64,000 nucleotides of DNA from Anthoceros angustus (Eukaryota > Plantae > Anthocerotophyta), in NCBI GenBank assembly GCA_010909165.1, contig MU008180.1:247884-311883 (forward strand). The letters run 5' to 3'. Made by a program: the position numbers and the translations under genes. Below the pieces are notes generated by a model. That model did not search any database. It was not told where the DNA came from and was given only the letters and a program-made list of their open reading frames with translations. Below, piece after piece: positions 24,372 through 35,709 of the stretch; position 1 is the stretch's first letter; each line of letters starts with the position of its first letter.

Positions 24372-25640
24372 CCAGTAGTAGGTAGAGCCCAGCCCTTTTT
24401 TTCATCGATGCTGCCATTTTCGTGAGCCGGCTTTCACACAGATTTGCGGATTGAATTGAAACGGGTTCTGAAGTCGGTAGGTTTTCGGGGTTAGAGATTT
24501 CCAAATGAAGCGACGGATGTTGTGATTGACGATGGAAAGGACCGCAACCAATTTGCAAATGGCCAGCTCCAATTGTTTCGCTTCCTCGGCGGAGCTGGCC
24601 ATTTTCTCCGCCCTCGGCAGAGGAACGGCGGCGGCCCCGTAAAGGCCTGGAAACAGCACATGGGTGGCACCATATCTTGGTACTCATCTGTCCCAAGGAT
24701 GTCTAACTGTGGAGTTGCATATCTGGATGTCACTCCTTCAAGGTGGACTTCAGGTGGTAGGTCACCAGTGATACTAGCACGTATAGGTTAGAAGTGCTTT
24801 TCTCTGACCCTCGCCGGAGCATGGAGCCACCTCATGCAGCTCTCTCTGCAGCAACTGATTTCCGCCCACAGCCCTTTGTACCTTTCCGTGTGGTTCCAGT
24901 TAGTGCACATTTCTCCTGATTTACTAATATGCCTAGTAATTTTTGTTTTATTAATACTGAGAAAAATATGGAATACCAACATTACCAATCACGTTAAAGG
25001 GGTCTCCAATTCAGTTTATATCTTCTAGCGGGAAGATGAGTTCACGTCATCTCTTCTCCTTCCCTAAATAAACCTGTAACAACCTAAACTTAAGTGTATT
25101 GTTTCAAATTGAGATATTTTTTCTATTTTTATAGGTAATATATCTTTGGTGTAAAACCTTTATAAATGATATTAGATCATTTCAATTAGATTAAAAATAT
25201 AGTAATCTTATTTCATAAAATTATCTTCAATTATTTTATTTTTAATTTATGTGTACAAGTACCCATACATATTCTTAGTGAGTACAAATACCGATACATA
25301 TTCTTAGTGAAAATGCTTTAAAACATTGAAATGTACGAGGTAGCTGGAATCATTGAAGTCATGGAGTGAACCAAGAAGATACAAGTGTATGCAATGGTCC
25401 TCTCTAGCGAACTCAAGAGATTAATCCAACTTTCAGCTTATATAAACTCTAACTCCAAGAAGTAATAAACAACTCATACCCTTTTCCTTCAAGGGTTGAT
25501 TGTGGCAACATGGACTCTCAAGACAATACATAAGAAAGAGACTATAAAACTTGATTTGTGCGCAAGACATCCTACTTATGTTACTTACACATCTAGCAAT
25601 GACTTTGTTATAAACATCAATTGTTAATACAATACTAGGC

Positions 25641-25700
25641 AAATGGAGAGTTTATAAAAGGAAAAGAGATGGGAAATCTCATCTCTCCCCACAAGAAGCA
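25641..25700 (+). repeat. Dispersed short repeat, copy A (partial)
   Basis: tggagagtttataaaaggaaaagagatgggaaatctcatctc matches the copies at 30415-30515 (-) and 48795-48890 (+). Confidence 0.6.
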
Positions 25701-25872
25701 ATACTTAATGTATTGATGTATTGGTTTCATCTTCTAAATTTATATGGACATCATCATCTATGTCGAACTCGCCATAGATTCTTAATTCTACTTCGAATTT
25801 TACTTAACATGAATTTATAGATTGTTTCCTACATTATATCAAGTCTTTGCAATGCCAAACCCAATTGTCAAA

Positions 25873-28800
25873 ATGGGGAAGCCCAAGGACCGAACCCAAA
25901 AGAAAATGATGAAAAAGAATGTGAGCCCTTTGGAAAAAATCAAAGCGCGTATAGTGGAATCTCGTAAAACCCAAAAGTTGAATTTGAGGTTCGTCGAAAT
26001 TAATCATCTCATTCAAATTATGGATTTATTTGCAATGATATTTCAAGTGTTGGTATACAAACATTGTACTTATATACTTTTATGTTTATAGCTCCCTGGA
26101 CTTGGCGGAATTGCCAAAGAACTTACATAGTCAGATAAAAGCAGTGGGAGTCACCAACATATTAGATATGGACTTTCACAAGTAAGTTATACTATAAGAA
26201 AATAAGAACGCATATTTTGTTAATGATGTATATCCATGTTTTGATTTCAATTACAATGTTAACAACATATGGGTTACTTGAAACAGCAATCATCTTAGTA
26301 CTTTACCCAAAGAATTGGGTGAAATGAAGGCTTTGAGAAGTTTAAGAATTGATAACAATTGTTTTCATGGTCTTCCTCATGTTCTTTACAATTTCTCTAA
26401 GCTAGAGGTGTGTTCTTTGTCTTCTTTTTGAATTTGATATGAAGGATGTTTGACTCATCATACATAAAGATTCCAATATTATTTTCAGATACTTGATGCT
26501 TCGAGAAATGAATTTGAGGATATTGATGACGAACTTCTATATTTAATAAATTTGAAGGATTTGGATTTTTCCCATAACAGATTGACTTCACTCCCAGATT
26601 ATTGGGACAACTTTTCTTGTTTAACGAATCTAACAATTGGTTAGTTTCAACTATCATGTTGTATATCACTTCATAATTTACATGGTCTTCATTTTAATAA
26701 TCATATTAAAATCTATTCAATACTCCAGTGAATAATGACCTGGGTGAACTTCCCGAAAGTATTGGATGCTTGAAGAACTTGGAAAGATTGGACCTAAATA
26801 GGAATAAATTAACTGATCTGCCAAAAACATTTATGAATTGTGATCATCTTATTTTTCTTGATATTCGTGATAATTGTTTCACTGTTCTTCCTACATTATT
26901 ATGTCTAATTAAGACATTAGTTGTATTGGAATGTGGGGATAACCCCCTTACAGAACCTGTTAATACTTATCGACTACAGGTTGGCAAAATATTAAAATTT
27001 TATGGTTTTGTTATTTATATCATTCAATATTAAAATTTTAAAATATTATATTTATTGTTAGCCAATTGACAAATTGAAAGAATATTTAAAAGATTTGCGT
27101 GAGCAACAAAGGCTTGAGGAGTTAGCACGTAACAAACCAAAGGGGGTGCCAGAAGGTGAGTCTTGCATTTTACATTCTACATTTTACATTAAGCTAGTTT
27201 CCCCTCAAGACTAAAAGGGTGAACTTATGTTTTGTTAGATACATATTATTGTACTTGAAACTTAGACTAAATCTTCATTTTCAATTTGATCTTAAAATTA
27301 GATTGTCATATGGAACTAGATTCTTCATCTACAACTGAATTCAAAATTATGATTAGATCCAAGCTTGTTTTTGTATAAACCTCTTCACAAAAACATTTTT
27401 ATTTTCTCTAAAAAAGAACGATCTTGATTTACAGGTCCATATATGAGTTATCTTACTAAATCTGAATTTGAACATGGTGCTATTATACGCACGGGTTATA
27501 GTATTACACAAATAGAAACAATTTCATACATTTTTGGAGGTCTTCTAAACAACTACGGCCAGGTACTTACATATTGAGATTATCTTGTACAAAGCAAGGC
27601 TTTTCTATGTGACTCAAGTCATTTCTTTTCTAATCATGAATATCTACAGACAGATGACCTTTATGCAATTGATGCTCAAACTTTAGTTTGGACAAAACCT
27701 GTGACTACTGGTTCAGCACCTGCCCCTCGTGATGGGCATTCTGCTGCATTTGATGGTTACAGAGGGTGAGTCACTACATATGTTATCTTCTTCTCATCAA
27801 TAACATTTATGAAAACTATTGCTTAATAAATATTATTCAAAATATTAATATTTATGATTTATGTATGATAGTTTATACATTTTTGGGGGAAGAAATGAAG
27901 AACATAAACTCTTGAACGACATTGCTTTCCTTGATCTTCATGATTGGGTGTGGACTAAGGTAACTAAGCTTTCACAAATAGATGACAATTTAGAATATTT
28001 GAGATAAAATATATTCAGTCTTATTATTTGGCGCATACGTAAACCTTAACTTTGACTCTCAAATAATTTTGTTTGTTCGGATTTTTTTCGATTCTATGAA
28101 GATTTTATGTCACCCTTATTTGTTTTTGTTCGTATGTTGTACAAAGCTTGATCACAGCCACCAGTTGAAGGTAGTCTACCATGCAACCGAGAAGGTGCAT
28201 CAATGGTGATCCATGGAACACAACTTATATTATTTGGTGGTCGAGGAGACCACCAGCGATACAATGACATTTACATACTTGATACTCGCGTAAGTTCTAC
28301 TTTCATTCAAATAATATTTATTTATGTATGATCATGCGTGCCTATTAGTGTGAGAGTCTATTATCTTCATAAATTGAGATCTACCTATTAGTGCAGACTT
28401 GGGTATGGACTCCTAAATTAACAAAAGGTTGCGAAAGACCTATTCCACGTCAAGATGCAGCCGTTTTCTTAGATGGTGACAAGCTCTATGTACATGGTGG
28501 AAAGACAAGTATCATACTTGATGATTTCTATTGTTTGGACATATCAAAACTCGCATGGACTAAGGTGATACCTTTATTATTGCTAATAGATAACTTGAAT
28601 TGAATAAAACTTTTGCAATCGTATTTACAAATTAAGTTGCATTCTCCATGAAGATCAATCAAATAGGACCCATGCAACCCTCACCAAGATATGGCCATAT
28701 ACCTTATATACATGAAAATAAGTAAGTACATATAATAGATCTTGTGCATATGCATATAAATTATAGTTATGTCTTCGATATGATTCATCACTCATATCTA

Positions 28801-31800
28801 TTGTATTGTAGTTCACATCTAATTACTGACGTTGGTAGTTATAATATCTTTTTCAGGTTTTTCATTGTCGGAGGAATAGACGAGTTTGAGCAATCATTAG
28901 TCTCAATGTATTTTTTTTGTTTACCCAACGATGATGACCGTGGTACTATGGTCGAAGAAAAAGTAGAAACTAAGGAAATGGAAACCAATAACGAAGTAGT
29001 CGATCCTAAGACGATAAACCTAAAGAATGTACAAGAGATTGAAAAAGGAGATGTCTTTAAACGGATTGAACAAGAGGAAGAGTAAGTTGATTTTTTTGGT
29101 CCGAATACAGGGAATAAACATTTGAAGTATGTTTCTTAAAATCAGGACAAAAATATGAATTTATAATATAATATATATTTTTTGTAGCGAAACAGATAGC
29201 GTAGATGTAGATATAAATCTAAGCGACGAGGAAATTGAACATCGAAAATCAGATTTACTTCAGATTCCAAGTGCGTCATAATATTATATTAAAGTAGAAA
29301 TATTTTTATTATTTGAAAGATAACTAGGTAAATAAAGGCAAGTGTTAACTAAGTTCTTTTTTGGTTGTTTATTTTCCAGTTGCTAACACGTGGGTAGAAT
29401 TGGATTGTGAGCTTTTCTCAAGACGAAAACTTCGATTGTAAGAAATAACAACTATAAGTCGTAATAATTTTGTGGATAATGATATTTATTCTTATAAAAA
29501 TAATAGTTACCTAATTTTAAAGTCTATTACAAAAGTACATGTTGTCACTCGTACTAGATTTTTTTTTTTTAATTGTCCATAGGTATGCATTCCACAATGG
29601 AAAGATGTTAGTATTGCAAGAACCCGACCTTCAAGTTGATGCCGATGAGCAAGCTCTTGATAAAGTATCCAATTCTCCTTATTGGGATAACTACATGGAA
29701 GCTGAGATTGAAAATTTTCAACCAAAGGTATATTGAATAAGATCTTCATTCATTAGGAAAACTTTAAAAAGCTCCCAAGCTGTATGATGTGTAGTCCTAA
29801 AATTTATGTATGATATGCCTAATAGTGGCCACAAGCAAAAAGGATCGATAAAATGAAAAACAAGAAGTTGCGGATGGAAAATTTAGATGAGATACAAGTA
29901 AGAAATATTACCGTTTTCATGAACATTCAACATGATATGAAACCTTTTGCAAAAAATAATTATAATTTTGAATGGAACAGATTGCACAATTTCCACGATC
30001 CTATCGCATGACAACGAAAAGAGAAAATTTGGTCTTGCAACATGCCAAAAAATTTAGAAAAAGAGTAAGAATATTAGAAAAAAGAGAATGTGTGACAAAA
30101 TTCATTTAATAGTTTGGAGATTGATTTCATACTTTTTGCAGTTCACGCAACTGTATCCTACAAGGAAAACCTTATGGATTTATGTACCAAACGAATGTGG
30201 CATTGTGAAGTTTCTTTGCAACACTATTCGACCTTCACAACTTGAATATACAGAATTGTTCTATTGGACAACTTGTTGTCAATTTATATCGTCTTTTTTA
30301 ACTTACGAACAACTTGATATTCCGACTCGTTTTCCAATGTGGCTGCCTTCACCCGCTACCGTTATCAAGGTATATACCAAGTTACTGTATTTCTTTAGAT
30401 GAGTGATCGCGGGAGCTAGACCCCCTTGGCCTGGTGCTTTCATGAGGGTTGTTCCCCTCTGTCTCGGAGTAGATGGGATTTCCCATCTTTTTTTCTTATA
30501 TAAAGTCTCCACGTTCATATTCTTTTGATCTAATTTTAAATATGCATATATATATATCAATATAATAAAATATCTATTCCGGAACAGTGGCAACGTGGTG
30601 ATTGTTTCGACTTTGCAATGGCTTTGGTATCTCTTCTCACTGGAGTTGGATACAATGCATATTGTGTAGCAGGTTATGCCCCGATATTCATAACAAAAAT
30701 GAAACAGGTAAAGATCCGCATTCAATAGTTGACCATTGTGGTCGAAAGTTGTTCATTCACGCCCTCGTTATCTCACAAAGTTATTCCCACAACACAAACT
30801 TGGATGGCTTACAGGAGAAGATGGCTTTCAAGCATGTACCGCCACCCCGCATGCGGTTACCCACTCCACCGAAGCCTGTAGTTCCACCACCGGTATGTTT
30901 TACAGGCCCTTTGTTGAAGTGAAGGGCACGACAGGATCTCAAAGGTGGATTCTGCAATCTGTCAGGCCAAGACCAAATACTTTCTCAAGAATGTTCCAAT
31001 CTTCGATGCGACTTATCTGGGCAATCAAAAGAAGGCGAGAGATAAGGTGGTGTCCAACTACATTGGAAACTTTAGAGCCAACTGTGACGATGATATGCAA
31101 GAAGGTCTGAGTGAAGAGCAGGACATGTTGATCAAGTTCGTACGTGAGCGTTACCACAGCGAAGACTATATTGCCATGGCCCACCGACAGGAGGACTACA
31201 AGAATGCAAGGGCACCCAGCTCCGATGGCAAAGAAGAAGATCCCAATGATCCCGAGGTGAAGGACATTTTGTTAAGACGAAGACTTCACTGTTGGGTGAT
31301 GATCGGACCTGGAAAAAGGGAGATGACTGAGAAATTTTTCGTAGAGCCGTCAACAGGGTTGACATACAGCTTGGTGAATTCCCCCTACTATGGAGTTGAA
31401 ATGGTGTGGAGCCAGAATAACCTCTGGATCAACATGCAGTACAACGCTCAGTGGAAGACGTTTACCCCTGTTCATCAGATGTCATGGGACCTACTGGATA
31501 CTACCAAGTGGAATGCAGTTCTGAACGAGATCAACTACGACGAGAATGACATTGAAAACTTCCGGTCGCAAGTGGTTGAAGCAAGTGATGTAGAGGAGGC
31601 AAAGGCAAAGCCAGGGAACGACACCACACCAGCAGCTCCTCTCGGTGACGGGAAGGTTGTTGCCACGAAGGACCCCGCCAAGCAGGATGCTTCAGCAACC
31701 CCAGGAAAGCCTCCTGTCACTGCTGCTGGCACAGAGCAACCACCCAAACCTGCCGACCCCTCTGGTGCCGTACCAGTTGCAGCTTCACCTTCACCTGCTC

Positions 31801-34600
31801 CGTCAACTGTACCTTCACCTCAGTCTGCAACTCCAGGTCCGTCTCCTGTGCCTGGTGCAAAACCGACAGCAGCAGAGAAAACTTCACTAAACATAGACAT
31901 GGAAAAGACGAAAGGGTTTTTCGAACCAGATCGGACTGTAGAGCCCAAGGTTCTCAGAGACGCCAGGTTCTCGAAGGAGAGACTTAAAGCAGACATGGAA
32001 CTCTCTCATTGGCTACTGCCTCCCTCGTGGATACCCAAACTTCAGATTGAAGTGGAAGCTGTGGTCACAAGGTACACACAAGTTAAGAGGGAAAGAAACG
32101 TTGCTAGATGCTTCTAAAGAGCACTTTGAACAAGAAAAAGTGTATGCAAGATGTCATTCCTCATTTGGAACGTGGATGTGCAGATGCCGATTGGGAACCA
32201 AAAAGGCGGTATATGACCAGTGCTCACATGAAATATTTGCATTCTATGGAGACTACGTCCGCTGGGATGGACTGGACGAGCGCCTCTTGTACTACGCAGA
32301 CAAAGACCACAAAGTCATCACAGAGTGCCATGACTATTTCAGGCGGCGAAAGGATAGACTCTACAAGCGCGTGACCTACTTTACAGAAAACAAGGTGCAG
32401 CAGTCGTAGAAGCTTTCAGAATGCGGAAGCTTGTCATCTGGTGGATGTATCACTAAAGCATGCATCTGCAGACACATGAATTTTTCGAGCCTGGCACAGC
32501 AGTTGGGATAAAGGAGATTCTAACCGTGGATAGTCTAAGTCAGAAGTTCACATTCTACTCAAAACATCGTATCGACGGGCTTCAAGTCCGTGAAGAAGTA
32601 AGCGCACTCTCATTGATGCTAGCGGCCACGGCAGCTGTGGTGTTGCTACCTGTAACCTAGCTTCTATATCAACTCTGAACCCGCGCAGATAATTGGGCAT
32701 TCCGTAGAGGAGCATTATGATAAGCCTGGATCAAACATGTTCTACCGACAAGTACAATATGGTCATCAGTTGCCATTAGATGATGACCCCGGGGTCAGTC
32801 CCAGCATGGATGCCTTTCTCCAGGACAAAAAATTGGCGGAAGTAAACAAAGCCAACAGCAAAGAAGATAAGTCTCGCTCAAGCCAGAAGTCAAGCGACAG
32901 GCTTAGCACCAGCCAGCGAGCCAAGCAGCACCTGGCCCAGCGTAAAAGCATTAATAAGATGCGAAGGTAAACAACAGCGCTCTCAGATTCCTCCAACCAC
33001 ACTTGCTTACTCTGAGACTAAAGCACCTCATGCATCACCCGGCTGCAGTTTCTCAAACAGACCTAGCATGTTCCACAAGAAATCAAGGAAGACCAATATC
33101 CCACAAGAGAAGCCAGCCGTTCCATCGTGGACGGTAACCAGGAAGAAGTATGCGATTGAGAAGCTGCTTCCGATATCCAAGATCACACAGAAGTAAGCGG
33201 AAATATCGCACACTGCATTTGCTAGAGCATCCTCCAAGCATCCAGGCACTAATATTTTATGTAACCACTACCGCAGGTTCAAGAATGAACATGACACTGA
33301 CCCGCAAAAGAATGTGTGCAAGAAAGTGTTTTGGCTTAGCACAGACCAGCTACGCATCGACTTTCACTATGAGGATGGCCGGATAACTTCCGTGTCACGG
33401 ATTTACAGCAAAGATGGAATTCTGCACGAAGAACAGGTAACTCATTGGTCTGGGAACCTGCTTCCTACAACCCCAAGTTCACTGAAGGCTAAATGTTTCA
33501 GCACTGCAGGCTGGTGTATTCGATAAAAAACTGGAGCCCTTTCCTACAATGGACGAGTTCCATGACCTTCTTACGACGGAACGCACAACAGTACAATCGG
33601 TGAGGGAATCAGAAAGAGATACCAGAGAGCTTTTGCAGCAGAGGGCCAGGGAAGAGCTGAACATCTACCTGATAATACCATACCCCGATGTGGCCCGTTA
33701 TCTGCCCGAAGACATCCAAGAGGAAGAAGTGAAGGTTCGTGGCTGAAGGCCTGGGGCGTTAAAGAACTTCGATTGTAGATGCGGATGTGCTTTACTCATC
33801 CAGATCTTGTCTCGCAGAGAGAGAAGACTTACCTGACTCCTTTCTGGCCCGCTGGAGTGAGACCCCGGCAGAAGCTAACGATGCAGCAACAGTGGGAGGT
33901 CAGAGAGGCATGCTTAGGAGCCCTGAAAGACAGACTGATCAACCGAGCCGCGATCATCCAGGTATAGCAACGGGAACAGAATTCTAGCGAGCCGCATCCC
34001 AGTCGAGTTCTGAGCATGGCACTTACCTGCACCCCTTGATCTCACCAGAGGCGACTCGAAGAAGAGATAGCAGGGTTGGCAAAGCGGAAGATGAACTTCG
34101 AGCGAGACAAGGAGGCCATGACCGTGGCGGACGAGGAGATGTACGAGCGCGCATGCGAGCGGTCAAGCTTCGTCATCCGCATCCTCCAGGAACGCCAGAT
34201 AGACCACGAGAAACGCGCACTGGAGAAGTAAGTATTCGCCCTTGCAGACGCCCGTAACCGGCCCAGACCTTGCTCCTATCTGATGTGGCCATCTTCACCT
34301 CTTTCCGCGAACAGATACTCGGAGCTGGACACAAGACTGAAGAACGACCCCCGCCTGCCGGGCCTGCGCGCGTCCATCCTCGATCTGCAAGCCGCGGTGC
34401 TCGCCAAGGCCGAGGCGGACTCGTTGATGTCTGGCGGGACCGTGCAACTTGGAAGAGGCCGGAACTCCAGAGCTGGGAGACGATCACGGCCAGGGTCCAG
34501 AGCCGCTTCCCGGGCATCCAGGGCTTCGCGTATGTCCAGAAGTGTCACTCCGAACAACATGCTAATACGCTCCAGAAGTCCCAGCGTGGCCAAGAACTGA
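25873..34600 (+). CDS. DRC7: LRR + Kelch-repeat + dynein regulatory complex subunit 7 (CCDC135/FAP50-like), multi-exon
   Basis: Exons traced by hand with phase-compatible GT-AG introns from ATG 25873 to about 30370. LRRs (LSTLPKELGEMKALRSLRIDNN, LGELPESIGCLKNLERLDLNRN), Kelch (PAPRDGHSAA, LYIFGG, PSPRYGH), then the DRC7 core (NECGIVKFLCNTIRPSQLEY, GDCFDFAMALVSLL.G.GYNAYCV, LHCWVMIGPGKRE..EKFFVEPSTG). Later exons end LKNDPRL...VAKN* at 34600. Confidence 0.88.
30415..30515 (-). repeat. Dispersed short repeat, copy B, inside a DRC7 intron
   Basis: Minus strand aacgtggagactttatataagaaaaaaagatgggaaatcccatctactccgagacagaggggaacaaccc...aggccaagggg; contains a GATGGGA-AA-TCCCATC hairpin. Confidence 0.7.
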
Positions 34601-34664
34601 GTTGTCGATAGAGAGTCAACTCCCCTGTCTGAGCCACCATACAGACCTGCAACCCTCACAGAGC

Positions 34665-35177
34665 AAAACAGCCATCGAAATAGTGGCCTATTTCATAGAA
34701 GTAATTCACAGCAAGCACACATCCACCGGCGCCACACAAACCAGGGCAGCACGAGCTCCAAGGAAGAGCCATGTGCAAGGAGGCGGAAGCCTCAAACGTG
34801 ACCAGTACCGGACCACTACCGACCCCGCCGACCGTCTGCAGTGCTGGTACTGGATGTAATCCCAAGATGAAGGGCTGTTCTCGGAGCTCATCGCACGCAC
34901 CCAGCCAATGTTTTCGGGCTCATGGCAGGTAGCCAGCCACTGTCCGAACACATTGCACACGGCTGTTTAGGGTTGTGATGCGGCGCTCAACACGAGAACG
35001 TGAAGTTGGGAGATGCAATGAAAAACAGCCCTTCAGATCTTGGGACTAAACTCAGCACCAGCACCTGCTGCCGCCACTCCTCCCGCCAACCTCCGTCTAC
35101 AGGCCGCACCAAGCAGAAGCAGCCCACAGCACAGGACGACGACGACGAGCGAAGGAGACGATGACTCGATGGTGCAC
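34665..35177 (-). ncRNA. Candidate telomerase RNA (plant TR)
   Basis: TATAAATA at 35201-35194; template-like AACCCTAAAC at 34974-34965; CCCGAAAA at 34918-34911; long imperfect stem 35068-35021 pairing with 34882-34838 and enclosing the template; T4 run at 34668-34665. Boundaries are approximate. Confidence 0.55.
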
Positions 35178-35193
35178 AGAGTGAAATGCCTTG

Positions 35194-35201
35194 TATTTAT
35201 A
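35194..35201 (-). promoter_or_regulatory. TATA box upstream of the candidate ncRNA
   Basis: TATAAATA on the minus strand. A weak USE-like CACCACCTGCG lies about 22 bp further upstream, which would fit Pol III spacing, but its match to the RTCCCACATCG consensus is poor. Confidence 0.5.
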
Positions 35202-35709
35202 GGCCCGGTAACCACAGGTTCGACGCAGGTGGTGTGTGCAGTACCTGTCGGTAAGCTCTTCAGTCAGGCGCGTGCAGACACTGCAGAGCTACCGGCACGA
35301 TGCATAAAATTAGGATTCACGGGAGTCACCTGAGCCGAGTGAAGGCGTTGCGTACACATGAAGTCACATGTGTACATACATACAGTAAAAGTGGAGAGGC
35401 GACGACGACGCCGGGCCTGGGATACCGTTGCGAATAGACACGGATGTACATTGCACGTAGGATGTCGATGACAGGCGTGCGGCAAACGCTTGACGAATGG
35501 GCACCACGGACGCAAGAAGCTTGTCAATGGTCTGCCAGAGAGAGGTGTTCTCTTGCTCTGCACGATCTGACTACGAGGGGCGAGTAACTTGACGACATAC
35601 ATAAAGGGATGAATTGGGTCACGGAAGGAGCGTGAAGTCTCCGGCAGCTTACAGAATTTCGGTCGAACTGCTTCAGTAGCCAAATTGTGATACAACGCCT
35701 TCCAGAAGG

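Noticed and set aside
24402-24659. 85-aa minus-strand ORF downstream of the OZ-like gene
   Set aside because: Lies in the probable 3' UTR of the + gene; no motif or splice support.
34800-34900. C/D-box snoRNA
   Set aside because: No proper RUGAUGA and CUGA box pair with a terminal stem was found.
34706-34960. 84-aa Cys-containing ORF as a zinc-ribbon protein
   Set aside because: No family pattern; the region is better explained by extensive RNA base-pairing.
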